Below are positions 1 to 8,818 of a stretch of DNA of 48,702 nucleotides, one piece after another (position 1 is the stretch's first letter; the number at the start of each line of letters is the position of its first letter). Both the position numbers and the translations under genes were made by a program. Under the pieces are notes generated by a model. That model saw only the letters and a list, made by a program, of their open reading frames with translations. It was not told the origin of the DNA and searched no databases. This DNA comes from an uncultured Pseudomonadota bacterium (GTDB taxonomy: Bacteria; Pseudomonadota; Alphaproteobacteria; UBA9219), in NCBI GenBank assembly GCA_903824505.1, contig CAIJXG010000136.1, positions 1-48,702 of the forward strand, given 5' to 3'.

Positions 1-59
1 CGGGCTGAGGTGAAATCTGCTACGCAGTATCTCGGCTAACGCATCGTCTTGTTTCGGCA
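1..59 (-). CDS. 5' end of an unidentified gene running off the window (MPKQDDALAEILRSRFHLSP...)
   Basis: There is an ATG at 57-59 on the minus strand preceded by GGAG. Only about 19 codons are visible and no family is recognised. Confidence 0.25.
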
Positions 60-135
60 TCGGAGACTCCATTACAGGTGAAGAATCCGACAGTATGAAT
101 CACCTCAATGCGTTAGCCAACCCCAGTAGGGTACT

Positions 136-651
136 ATGGACAAGAAGATCGATATAAATGGACTTGCGTCATATTACGTGAACCTTTTTGCAGTGGGAGA
201 GAAACTCCTTACCGTGCTTGAATCAGAAGGTTTTGACGTTACACCTCCGGATGTTTCTGAGATGTGTGTAAACCCGAGAAAGATACAAATCTCTCCCAAT
301 GGAGCCATTGTTATCCTGATTGAAGGGGGAATTCCGCTTGAATTTATAACACCCCTTGGGACAGTTCCTATTCTGATGGGGGTGCGTTTTAACGGCGATC
401 CAGCACGTCTGCTGAAAAAATTTAAATATTTGCTAAAACTTAAAAAAATGAATGGGGTAGGGGAGGCAGACTGGGGAATCTATTATATGAGGGAGAACGG
501 AGGAGGGGCGCCTCTTTGTAAACCGAAGCTTCTTGTTGACGAAGCTTCACAAATGAACCCAGAAGAAGCCGTGCAGATATGGATAGATGTAAAGCCTAAC
601 AGGCAGATTTTCCCAAAAAAGAGGCCCCTGACGTATGGACTGACCAGCTGA
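136..651 (+). CDS. Hypothetical protein, 171 aa, orphan
   Basis: This is an intact ORF in a visibly AT-richer stretch. It has no recognisable motifs, signal peptide or TM segment. Confidence 0.5.
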   Translation: MDKKIDINGLASYYVNLFAVGEKLLTVLESEGFDVTPPDVSEMCVNPRKIQISPNGAIVILIEGGIPLEFITPLGTVPILMGVRFNGDPARLLKKFKYLLKLKKMNGVGEADWGIYYMRENGGGAPLCKPKLLVDEASQMNPEEAVQIWIDVKPNRQIFPKKRPLTYGLTS

Positions 652-811
652 GAAATTTGCAAAGGCATAACACAAATCGCAGTTCAGGATTCCGCAGCTC
701 TTGCCGTCCCATGCCTCTTTGCGCCATAGTCTCGGAAAATAGTCTTAAAAACCTGTGATCCCTGCGCGTGCGCTGTCAAGCGGCCCGTTTCCTCCCTTAT
801 GGACCCTTATC

Positions 812-1885
812 ATGAGCGACCTTCCTTTCTTGCAGCCTCTGCACCCGCATGTCATTGCGTTGGATGCCATGGGGGGAGATCGCGCGCCGGCCATTGTGGT
901 GGAAGGGGCCGCTAAGGCGCGGGAGCGGTATCCAGAAATTCGCTTCATCTTTTTCGGCGATGAGGCCAAAATCGAGCCGCTTTTAGGGACTTATCCGATC
1001 CTGAAAAAGAGCAGTGAGATTCGTCATGCCGTCGAGGTTGTTTCGGCGGATGCCAAACCCTCGGTCGCGCTGCGTCAGGGGCGGAAATCCAGTATGCGTC
1101 TTGCGATCAATGCGGTGGCAGAGGGCGATGCCGCTTGTATCGTTTCGGCGGGCAATACGGGCGCCTTGATGGCTATGGCCAAATTCGTTCTGAAAACGCT
1201 GCCGGGGGTTGACCGTCCTGCCATTGCCACGCTGATTCCGACAGAAAAAGGCGAAACGGTGATGCTGGATTTGGGCGCCAATATCGAATGCGATGCCGAG
1301 AATTTGTTTCAATTCGCGCTCATGGGCGCGATTTTTTGTCGGACGGTGCTAGGGCGGAGTGAGCCGACGATTGGGCTTTTGAACATTGGTACCGAGGAAC
1401 TGAAAGGCCATGACGAGGTGCGTATTGCCGCCTCGATCCTGCGCGAACGGCCCATTCCCGCAAAATTTCACGGTTTTATCGAAGGCAATGACATTACGGC
1501 CGGAACCGTTGATGTCGTGGTGACGGATGGGTTTAGCGGCAATATTGCGCTTAAAACCATCGAGGGCACGGCACATTTGATCGCCCATTTTTTGCGTCAG
1601 GCGTTTGACTCTTCGGTGATCGCCAAGCTTGGTTATGTGCTATCGCGTGGTGCGTTTCAAAAATTGAAATCCCGTACGGATCCCCGGCGCTATAACGGCG
1701 CGATGTTTCTGGGATTGCAAGGCGTGTGCGTGAAAAGTCATGGGGGCACTGACGGGGAAGGCTTTGCTTGTGCCATTGGCGTCGCGCATGATCTTGTGGC
1801 GCGGGATTTTAATCGCCGCATTGCCGAGGAAATGGCGCGGGAATATGGCTTGAACAGTGAGCGCACGAAAATGGGTGAAGGCTGA
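812..1885 (+). CDS. plsX: Phosphate acyltransferase PlsX
   Basis: PlsX hallmarks are present: IALDAMGGDRAP, SAGNTGALMA and GFSGNIALKT. I take the start at the internal Met (MSDLPF), and the stop overlaps the fabH start (ATGA). Confidence 0.93.
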   Translation: MSDLPFLQPLHPHVIALDAMGGDRAPAIVVEGAAKARERYPEIRFIFFGDEAKIEPLLGTYPILKKSSEIRHAVEVVSADAKPSVALRQGRKSSMRLAINAVAEGDAACIVSAGNTGALMAMAKFVLKTLPGVDRPAIATLIPTEKGETVMLDLGANIECDAENLFQFALMGAIFCRTVLGRSEPTIGLLNIGTEELKGHDEVRIAASILRERPIPAKFHGFIEGNDITAGTVDVVVTDGFSGNIALKTIEGTAHLIAHFLRQAFDSSVIAKLGYVLSRGAFQKLKSRTDPRRYNGAMFLGLQGVCVKSHGGTDGEGFACAIGVAHDLVARDFNRRIAEEMAREYGLNSERTKMGEG

Positions 1886-2841
1886 TGATCCGAGCGGCTA
1901 TTTTAGGATGCGGGGGGTATCTGCCCGCGCAAGTTCTAAGTAATGAGGCGCTGATCGCGGCTAAGGGCCTTGACAGCTCGGACGAATGGATTGCGCGGCG
2001 GACGGGAATCCGGCAACGGGCCTTTGCCGCCGAAAACGAACAGACCGCCGATTTGGCGACAGAAGCAGCCCGTGCGGCACTGAAAGATTCCGGCGTTGAG
2101 GTCGCGGCGTTGGATCTGATTATTCTTGCTACAACGACTCCCGATCATGCTTTTCCCGCTACGGCGACAAAGGTTCAGGCCAATTTGGGGATGAGCCGTG
2201 GATTCGCCTTCGATATTCAGGCCGCTTGTTCCGGTTTTATTTATGCCTTGGCGCTGGCGGATCATTTTATCCGGCTGGGGCAGGCGCGGCATGCGCTGGT
2301 GATCGGGGCCGAGAAATTCTCGCGCCTTTTGGATTGGAGCGATCGCAGCACCTGCGTGCTTTTCGGGGATGGGGCTGGGGCTGTTGTGCTGGGAGCCGTG
2401 GAAGGCACGGGGAACAAGCGCGACCGCGGAATCCTGTCGACCCATTTGCATAGCGATGGAAGCCATTACGGACAGCTTCAGGCCAGCGATGCGCGTCATG
2501 CGCAGATGAATGGCGCGGAAGTTTTCCGACATGCCGTCACGAATTTGGCGAGCGTTGTGGATGAAGCATTGGACGCCAACGGCTTGACTCCGGCCGAAAT
2601 CGACTGGCTTGTCCCTCATCAGGCTAACCAGCGGATCATCGACGGCACGGGCAAAAAGCTGCATTTGCCGCCCGAGCGCGTCGTCTCCACCGTTGCGATT
2701 CACGCCAACACATCGGCAGCTTCGATCCCCTTGGCGCTCGCAACGGCTGTTCAGGATGGGCGGATCAAAAAGGGAGATCTGTTGCTGCTCGACGCGATGG
2801 GGGCAGGGTTTACTTGGGGCGCGGCGGTTGTGCGGTGGTAG
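1885..2841 (+). CDS. fabH: 3-oxoacyl-ACP synthase III FabH
   Basis: The active-site context AACSGF, the motifs HQANQRI and GAGFTWGA, and the conserved plsX-fabH order all support the call. Confidence 0.95.
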   Translation: MIRAAILGCGGYLPAQVLSNEALIAAKGLDSSDEWIARRTGIRQRAFAAENEQTADLATEAARAALKDSGVEVAALDLIILATTTPDHAFPATATKVQANLGMSRGFAFDIQAACSGFIYALALADHFIRLGQARHALVIGAEKFSRLLDWSDRSTCVLFGDGAGAVVLGAVEGTGNKRDRGILSTHLHSDGSHYGQLQASDARHAQMNGAEVFRHAVTNLASVVDEALDANGLTPAEIDWLVPHQANQRIIDGTGKKLHLPPERVVSTVAIHANTSAASIPLALATAVQDGRIKKGDLLLLDAMGAGFTWGAAVVRW

Positions 2842-2976
2842 AGTTCTAGAGAAAAGCTTTCGGCTCGTATTTCTTTCCTTATTCGCGAATCCAAAGAAGC
2901 TTTTGCCGCCTCTTCTAATACAGGAGGCGGTAATAAGGTCGTCTCCATAGACAACACTCAACTCAAGGAGAGCCCC

Positions 2977-3174
2977 ATGCTTTACCTCAAAAATATCCCC
3001 CTGTGGGAACGCATTGTACGCATCATGATGGCTGTGGCTATGATCGGCTATGGCCTTTTAGAAATGAGGGGGCAAATGCTCGGTTGTATCGTTGCCGGAG
3101 GCGGAATGATGGTTCTCATTACTGGATTCTTGGGGTTCTGTCCTATGTGTGCAATGGTTGGGCGTAAACTTTAA
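2977..3174 (+). CDS. DUF2892 (YgaP-like) small membrane protein
   Basis: The 65-aa product has two TM helices, an N-terminal NIPLWERIVRI motif and a C-terminal GFCPMCAMVG motif typical of DUF2892. It lies 12 nt upstream of the ECF sigma gene. Confidence 0.7.
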   Translation: MLYLKNIPLWERIVRIMMAVAMIGYGLLEMRGQMLGCIVAGGGMMVLITGFLGFCPMCAMVGRKL

Positions 3175-3185
3175 AACCCACTCAG

Positions 3186-3713
3186 ATGAGCAATCGTTTC
3201 GACCCCGCGATGCTTGAAGCGGCGTGCGCTGGCAACAAAGAATCTTTGCTTTCTTTGCTTGCCGCCGCACAGCCGGATATCAGGCGCTACGCGCGCACTT
3301 CTTGCCGTGCCGCGGACATTGATGATGCGGTTCAGGAAACTCTGTGGCTCCTGTATCGCCGAATTGGGGTATTACGCGCCCTTACATCGTTGTCAGGATG
3401 GCTCTGGGTTGTTGTCAGGCGAGAATGTTCGCGGTTGGCAAAAAAGATGTTTCATCATGACACACCTATCGCCGACTTTTCTGATGATTTGCGCTTCTCT
3501 TATCAGTCTCAAGATGATTTACGCCTTGACCTGACGCGAGCGATTCAGTCGCTTCCCGAACACTATCGCACGGTTATTCTTTTGCGCGACATTGAAGAAA
3601 TGTCCATCCATGAGATTTCTAGCGCTCTTCGTTTGACGCGCGAAAGTGTTAAAGCACGGATTCATCGGGCACGGACGATGCTTCGTGAATATCTGAATGA
3701 TGAAGATAGATAA
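3186..3713 (+). CDS. ECF-type RNA polymerase sigma-70 family factor
   Basis: A region-2-like DDAVQETLWLLYRR...WLWVVVRRE and a region-4 HTH (LLRDIEEMSIHEISSALRLTRESVKARIHRAR) are present. The size, 175 aa, fits the family. Confidence 0.88.
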   Translation: MSNRFDPAMLEAACAGNKESLLSLLAAAQPDIRRYARTSCRAADIDDAVQETLWLLYRRIGVLRALTSLSGWLWVVVRRECSRLAKKMFHHDTPIADFSDDLRFSYQSQDDLRLDLTRAIQSLPEHYRTVILLRDIEEMSIHEISSALRLTRESVKARIHRARTMLREYLNDEDR

Positions 3714-3743
3714 ATGAGATGCCCAGCAAAAACAGCTCCCTTC

Positions 3744-4460
3744 TCAGGTTGAAAGAAAGGCACGCGTGTTCTTGTGCAGTTTTAGGCAGGTGAGCCGTCC
3801 GCTGGCATAGGCTCCTGTATCGATGCCGATTCGGTTGAATTGAATGTCCGGTTCAATCGAAATCGTGTGTCCATGGACGATAATTTTCTCATAGTTTCGG
3901 GTTTCTGGAATAAAGATATGACGCGCCCACAAAAGATCTCTGGTCGTTTGTTGGCTCAGCGGCACGCCCGGGCGGATTCCGGCATGGGCGAAGAAATAGT
4001 CGCCAGAGGTATAGGAAAATTGGGTGGCGGCAAGAAAATCCAGATGCGCTTGGGGTATATGCGCCCACAGGGTGGCGCGGCGTTTTTCGGTGTCCATTTC
4101 TTCAAAATTCTGGGCGCTCAGCCCATAGCTGGCCAGAGTCTCTCTGCCGCCATAATGCAGCCAATCCTTGCAGACGGATTCATCACCTGCCAAAAAACGC
4201 AGTAAGATATCTTCGTGGTTTCCGCGCAGGAAGATGGGGGTCAGGCCAGAGGGAATCTCCTGAATCAGAAAATCAAGCACCGTGCGAGATTCTGGACCTC
4301 TATCGATATAATCACCTAAGAAAACAATATGTTTTGCCTCCTCAAGGGAAGCGGCATCGGCGGTGATTTTTTCGACAAGCTGGCTCAGCAGATCCGCGCG
4401 GCCGTGAATATCGCCGATGGCATAAATACAGGTAGGAACCGAAGGGAGGGGCGAGGGCAT
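3744..4460 (-). CDS. Metallophosphoesterase / Ser-Thr protein phosphatase family (PrpA/ApaH-like)
   Basis: The calcineurin-like phosphoesterase signature motifs GDIHGR, GDYIDRGP, GNHE and VHGHT are present. Confidence 0.85.
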   Translation of the reverse strand: MPSPLPSVPTCIYAIGDIHGRADLLSQLVEKITADAASLEEAKHIVFLGDYIDRGPESRTVLDFLIQEIPSGLTPIFLRGNHEDILLRFLAGDESVCKDWLHYGGRETLASYGLSAQNFEEMDTEKRRATLWAHIPQAHLDFLAATQFSYTSGDYFFAHAGIRPGVPLSQQTTRDLLWARHIFIPETRNYEKIIVHGHTISIEPDIQFNRIGIDTGAYASGRLTCLKLHKNTRAFLST

Positions 4461-4615
4461 GGGGACGTCTTTGAAGCGATTTTAAAAGAACCGGATAAAA
4501 AGGGTGAGCGTTGGCGTTGGGAGAATCAAGTAAAAAGTCAGCTGTGGCTTGTTTGACAAGCGCTTGCGTCTGTCCCATCTTTCGTTTCGTTCCACCGAAA
4601 TGGTTTTTACGTTTC

Positions 4616-4945
4616 ATGTCTCCTGAAATCGGCGCCTTTGCCCTGATTCTCGCGTTGTGTGTTGCGCTGATTCAGGCTGTCTTTCCTTTCATTGGGGCAG
4701 GGAAGGGGCGGCCGCAGCTTATGGAAATAGGGTGCGCAGCGGCGCGGATTCAGGCGGCGCTTTTAATCCTCGCTTTCGCCGCGCTGGGCCTGAAACTTCC
4801 GGCTTTTACCGCAGGGGGCGTCATGGGGGGCGTGTTTCTTTTTTCGCATTCGCTATTGCCTTGGATCTATATCGGCGCAAGCCTTATCGCGCTTGGCGGG
4901 TTTGTCTTGCTGTCGGAAAGACCCAAGAGAAAGGAAGAGGCCTAA
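4616..4945 (+). pseudogene. ccmF: ccmF remnant: the N-terminal ~60 aa and C-terminal ~35 aa of the cytochrome c heme lyase subunit CcmF, joined in frame
   Basis: MSPEIGAFALILALCVALIQAVFPFIGA...AAARIQAALLILAFAAL matches the CcmF N-terminus. LLPWIYIGASLIALGGFVLLSERPKRK matches the CcmF C-terminus (WIW.G.L.ALGG...R.R). About 550 aa of the central part are absent. Confidence 0.6.
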
Positions 4946-4948
4946 TTC

Positions 4949-5428
4949 ATGGTGTACGAAGAAAAACCGGAAGGGTTTGATCCCAAACTTCATGTTGTCG
5001 GATGTTTTGTCGAAAATGCGCGAGGGGAGATTCTTTTTTTGCAGCGGAATGCCGCAAAATCCTACGGCAACACATGGGGAACTCCTGCCGGGAAGGTTGA
5101 CGGAGGGGAAAGTCTCGCTGAGGCGATCAAACGTGAAGTGTGTGAGGAAACAGGCCTCGATAAGCCGGTGGAAGATTTTCATTTTTTGAAAACAGGTTTT
5201 GTCAAAGACGGGGGCACGCGCATTGTCTACCACAAATTTCGGCTTTATTTGGATGAGGAGCCGACTGTTACTTTGAGTCCAACCGAACATACAAATTATG
5301 TCTGGGTGACCCCCCAAGACGCTTTATGTTTAGACCTTATTCACGATGAAGATGTCTTTATTAAAATGTTTTACCCCCTGTTAGAAACGGACGTAAAGGG
5401 CCAAGCGTTTGCCCGTCAGTGGGGTTAA
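4949..5428 (+). CDS. NUDIX hydrolase
   Basis: The Nudix box GKVDGGESLAEAIKREVCEETGL (GX5EX7REUXEEXGU) is present. Confidence 0.88.
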   Translation: MVYEEKPEGFDPKLHVVGCFVENARGEILFLQRNAAKSYGNTWGTPAGKVDGGESLAEAIKREVCEETGLDKPVEDFHFLKTGFVKDGGTRIVYHKFRLYLDEEPTVTLSPTEHTNYVWVTPQDALCLDLIHDEDVFIKMFYPLLETDVKGQAFARQWG

Positions 5429-5447
5429 AGCGGCTTTGAGTAAACAG

Positions 5448-5480
5448 CACTCTTTTGGAAGCAGAGTGTTCCTGTTTTCT
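5448..5480 (+). terminator. Possible intrinsic terminator after the NUDIX gene
   Basis: A CACTCT/AGAGTG stem with a 9-nt loop is followed by the T-rich run ttcctgttttct. Confidence 0.35.
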
Positions 5481-5503
5481 TGAATCTTTCAGTCTAAGCC
5501 CCC

Positions 5504-5531
5504 TTGACTCCTCTTTTTCAGAGGCTATAGT
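5504..5531 (+). promoter_or_regulatory. Candidate sigma-70 promoter for rpsM-rpsK-rpoA-rplQ
   Basis: TTGACT, a 16-nt spacer and TATAGT lie about 110 nt upstream of the rpsM GTG start. Confidence 0.5.
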
Positions 5532-5641
5532 GCGTCACCTTCCCGCCCATGGTGGGGGGATGGCTTGCGCAATCAAATGTCGTGCGACGGGATTCCTTTG
5601 GACCCCCCGTGCGGTGTTTTTGTTGTTTGTGGAGAACAGAA

Positions 5642-6019
5642 GTGGCACGTATTGCGGGCGTTAACATTCCGGCGGTGAAGCCGTTACATATCGCGTTGCG
5701 TTATATCTATGGGATTGGGTCAACCAACGCGCTGGAGATCTGTGCGCGGATTGGTGTGGACCCGACCAAGCGCGTGAATCAGCTGACTGAAGGCGAAATT
5801 CTGAAGATTCGCGAAGATATCGACCAAAACTGCAAGGTTGAAGGCGATCTGCGTCGTGAAGTCGCGATGAATATCAAGCGGTTGATGGATTTGGGCTGCT
5901 ATCGCGGTCTGCGTCATCGCAAGGGGCTGCCTGTGCGTGGCCAACGCACCCACACCAACGCCCGCACCCGTAAGGGGAAGGCTAAGCCTATCGCCGGCAA
6001 GAAAATTGCCAAGAAATAA
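5642..6019 (+). CDS. rpsM: 30S ribosomal protein S13
   Basis: The sequence (V)ARIAGVNIP...[24 protein letters not shown] identifies S13. The GTG start follows GGAG, so the longer tracked ORF is an upstream extension. Confidence 0.96.
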   Translation: MARIAGVNIPAVKPLHIALRYIYGIGSTNALEICARIGVDPTKRVNQLTEGEILKIREDIDQNCKVEGDLRREVAMNIKRLMDLGCYRGLRHRKGLPVRGQRTHTNARTRKGKAKPIAGKKIAKK

Positions 6020-6039
6020 GACCGAACAAGGAAAACAGT

Positions 6040-6450
6040 ATGGCTTCTTCTAAAGACTCTAAGTCGGACAAAGCGCCCATTCGCCGCCGCCGCGAACGCA
6101 AGAATATTGTGAACGGCACAGCGCATGTGAATGCCAGCTTCAACAACACCATCGTCACCATCGCGGATTCGCAGGGGAATGTTCTTGCATGGTCCTCTTC
6201 GGGCCTGATGGGGTTCAAGGGCTCGCGCAAATCGACGCCCTATGCCGCGCAGATGGCCGCCGAAGATGCGGGCCGTAAGGCGATGGAACATGGAGTTCGC
6301 ACGATTGAAGTTGAAGTCAAGGGGCCTGGATCGGGACGGGAGTCGGCGCTGCGCGCGCTCCAATCCGTTGGATTCTCAGTGACCGCCATTCGCGATGTGA
6401 CTCCCATCCCGCACAACGGATGTCGTCCGCGCAAGCGTCGCCGCGTTTAA
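6040..6450 (+). CDS. rpsK: 30S ribosomal protein S11
   Basis: The S11 motifs [29 protein letters not shown] and [16 protein letters not shown] are present. Confidence 0.97.
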   Translation: MASSKDSKSDKAPIRRRRERKNIVNGTAHVNASFNNTIVTIADSQGNVLAWSSSGLMGFKGSRKSTPYAAQMAAEDAGRKAMEHGVRTIEVEVKGPGSGRESALRALQSVGFSVTAIRDVTPIPHNGCRPRKRRRV

Positions 6451-6536
6451 TCGTTTGGAAACGGTTCCGCGCCTTTTTTTAAAGAAGGGCGGATCCTTCG
6501 CTGAAGTCTGAGATTATAAACCGAAAGGGTTCGACC

Positions 6537-7553
6537 GTGTTGCAAAAGAACTGGAAGTCGCTGATTCAGCCTACGAAGCATGTTCAGGCTGCCGCCACCA
6601 ACCCGAACCTCGCCACCTTGGTGATTGAGCCTTTGGAACGAGGCTTCGGCTGGACCTTGGGTAACGCGTTGCGCCGCGTTCTTTTGTCCTCGCTTCAGGG
6701 CGCGGCCGTGACGGCGGCGCAGATTGAAGGCGTTCTGCACGAATTTTCCTCAATCCCGGGCGTGCGGGAAGATGTGACGGATATCGTCTTGAATCTTAAA
6801 GCGCTGGCCATTCGTATGCATAGCGATGGGCCGAAGCGTGTCCGTCTGCGCGCTGAAGGGGCGGGCGAAGTGACAGCCCGTCAGATTGAAGCCAGCGCGG
6901 GGGTCGAGATCATGAATCCTGACCTCGTGATCTGTACGCTCGATCGCGGGGCAAAACTGTCGATGGAGCTGACGATTGAAACTGGTCGCGGCTACATTCC
7001 GGCGGCGGCTTTGCGCAAGGAAGACACGCCAATTGGTTTGCTCCCTATAGATGCTCTGTTCAGCCCCGTTCGCAAAGTGGCCTATAAGGTCGAACATAGC
7101 CGCGTTGGCCAAGTTACGGACTACGACAAATTGGCGCTGACCGTTGAAACGGATGGCTCTATCTCTCCTGAAGACGCTGTGGCCATTTCCGCCCGCATCC
7201 TGCAAGACCAATTTCAGTTCTTCATTAACTTTGAGGAGCCTCGTCAGGCCTCGGGTGGACAAGAATCCGAATCCCATCTGCCCTTTAACCGCAATCTGCT
7301 GCGCAAGGTTGATGAGCTGGAGCTGTCGGTACGTTCCGCCAACTGCCTCAAGAACGACAATATCGTCTATATCGGCGATTTGGTCCAGAAGAGCGAAGGC
7401 GAAATGCTCCGCACGCCGAATTTCGGCCGGAAGAGCCTGAATGAGATCAAAGAAGTTCTGACTCAGATGGGGTTGACTTTGGGTATGCAAATCCCGGGCT
7501 GGCCACCGGAAAATATCGAAGATCTGGCTAAAAGGCTAGAAGAGCCTTTTTAA
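6537..7553 (+). CDS. rpoA: DNA-directed RNA polymerase alpha subunit
   Basis: The N-terminus [12 protein letters not shown], the motif [11 protein letters not shown] and the CTD sequence [21 protein letters not shown] identify RpoA. The start codon is GTG. Confidence 0.97.
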   Translation: MLQKNWKSLIQPTKHVQAAATNPNLATLVIEPLERGFGWTLGNALRRVLLSSLQGAAVTAAQIEGVLHEFSSIPGVREDVTDIVLNLKALAIRMHSDGPKRVRLRAEGAGEVTARQIEASAGVEIMNPDLVICTLDRGAKLSMELTIETGRGYIPAAALRKEDTPIGLLPIDALFSPVRKVAYKVEHSRVGQVTDYDKLALTVETDGSISPEDAVAISARILQDQFQFFINFEEPRQASGGQESESHLPFNRNLLRKVDELELSVRSANCLKNDNIVYIGDLVQKSEGEMLRTPNFGRKSLNEIKEVLTQMGLTLGMQIPGWPPENIEDLAKRLEEPF

Positions 7554-7604
7554 CTCTTTCGAAGAGCAGACATGCTTCAGTCGTAAATAGTTTGATCTTT
7601 TTGA

Positions 7605-7667
7605 AATCACCTTTCCGCGTCATTCCCGCTGGGGCCTGTCCCCGTGAAAACGGGGACGGGGATAACG
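7605..7667. repeat. GC-rich palindromic repeat element in the rpoA-rplQ spacer
   Basis: AATCACCTTTCCGCGTCAT recurs at 37848-37865. The hairpin GTCCCCGTGAAAACGGGGACGGGGA recurs as CCCCCCGTAAAAACGGGGGCGGGGA at 18233-18259. Confidence 0.7.
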
Positions 7668-7871
7668 ATCTGAGAGATTAGGAAAGATGCTCGTTGAGGA
7701 TTGCGAATACAGGATTGAGATGTCTTGAGTTGAAGTAAAATTTTTCTCCCCATATTGACGGGATTGTCCCTTCAAGTGGCGGAGTTTCACAATCGGTTTC
7801 TGCATGAACGCCAAAGGGCGGAATCACAGAAGCCTTAGCGCGGCTTGAAAGGCCCAAGGAAGGAACAGACC

Positions 7872-8312
7872 ATGCGTCATGGAAATGCACACAGGAAATT
7901 GGGCGTCACGGCGAGCCATCGTAAGGCGATGTTCGCGAATATGTCGGTCGCGCTGATTGAAAATGAACAAATTACAACAACTTTGGCCAAGGCGAAGGAT
8001 CTGCGCTCGATCGCCGAGAGTCTGATCACGTTGGGCAAAAAAGGCGGGCTGGCGAATCGCCGCCGCGCTATGTCGATCCTTCATGATGAAACGAGCGTCC
8101 GGAAGCTTTTTGATGGGCTGGCTGAACGGTACAAAGCGCGTCAAGGCGGGTATACCCGCGTGATTAAAGCGGGATTCCGTTATGGCGATGCGGCAGCAAT
8201 GGCGGTGATCGAGCTGGTCGATCGCGATCCAGAAGCCAAGGGCGCCAAGCAACGCGCCCTTTTGGAAAAGAAGAAGGCCGCCGAAGCGGCCGAAGCCGAC
8301 AAAAAGGCCTAA
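7872..8312 (+). CDS. rplQ: 50S ribosomal protein L17
   Basis: [24 protein letters not shown]...GGYTRV identifies L17. I chose the internal Met as the start. Confidence 0.96.
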   Translation: MRHGNAHRKLGVTASHRKAMFANMSVALIENEQITTTLAKAKDLRSIAESLITLGKKGGLANRRRAMSILHDETSVRKLFDGLAERYKARQGGYTRVIKAGFRYGDAAAMAVIELVDRDPEAKGAKQRALLEKKKAAEAAEADKKA

Positions 8313-8314
8313 GG

Positions 8315-8605
8315 ATGAAAGCGCCGCGCCTCCTCATGCTTTTGGCTGTGGGGGCGTTGCTTTCCGCCTGTGTTTCCGGCACGAGACCAGCCGACACCTA
8401 TGTCGGCGCGAATGGTCAAACGACACGCATTGAAAGCGACCGCGAACAGTGCGACCGCGCCTGTAATCAGGACTACGCGCGTTGTATGGACTCTTCAGCC
8501 GCATCGACCAATAACGGCATCAACGGCCCCTCGGGCGTTTTCGGGGCCAGTGGCGACTGCCGTAAGGCTCTTAGAAGCTGTCTCCCCACCTGCAAAAGCA
8601 GGTAG
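8315..8605 (+). CDS. Cys-rich putative lipoprotein
   Basis: A signal peptide with the lipobox LLSAC is present and the mature part has 7 Cys. The gene starts 3 nt after the rplQ stop, and its composition resembles the flanking core genes. Confidence 0.65.
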   Translation: MKAPRLLMLLAVGALLSACVSGTRPADTYVGANGQTTRIESDREQCDRACNQDYARCMDSSAASTNNGINGPSGVFGASGDCRKALRSCLPTCKSR

Positions 8606-8818
8606 GGGGAGGATCCAACGGACTCTTATACCCCGTTCTGAATCCTTGGAGAATTAGCAGATTCTTCTCGAATCTTCTGCCAAAGCCAAAATGAAAGTAT
8701 TAAGAAACAATAAAAATATGGTAGCATAAAATATTGGGAATGGAGATTCTTGGAGTTTAACAAAATGGCTATCTAGGATGACCTTGAACACGTAGAAAAT
8801 AAAGAGACAGCTTTAGCG

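Noticed and set aside
1936-2961. A 341-aa minus-strand ORF antisense to fabH. Similar long antisense ORFs lie at 6750-7490, 11380-12453, 24279-24986, 25536-26690, 26714-27865, 29172-29861, 29710-30681, 31393-32022, 33439-34146, 35325-36044, 36804-37415, 40152-41000, 41013-41600 and 41752-42612.
   Set aside because: Each lies opposite a gene with unmistakable conserved motifs. Their translations are Arg/Gly/Pro-rich shadow frames typical of GC-rich DNA and have no recognisable domains.
4511-4615. An upstream extension of the ccmF-remnant ORF, starting at 4511.
   Set aside because: CcmF similarity begins at MSPEIG (4616). The preceding 35 codons are not CcmF-like and probably belong to the divergent promoter region.
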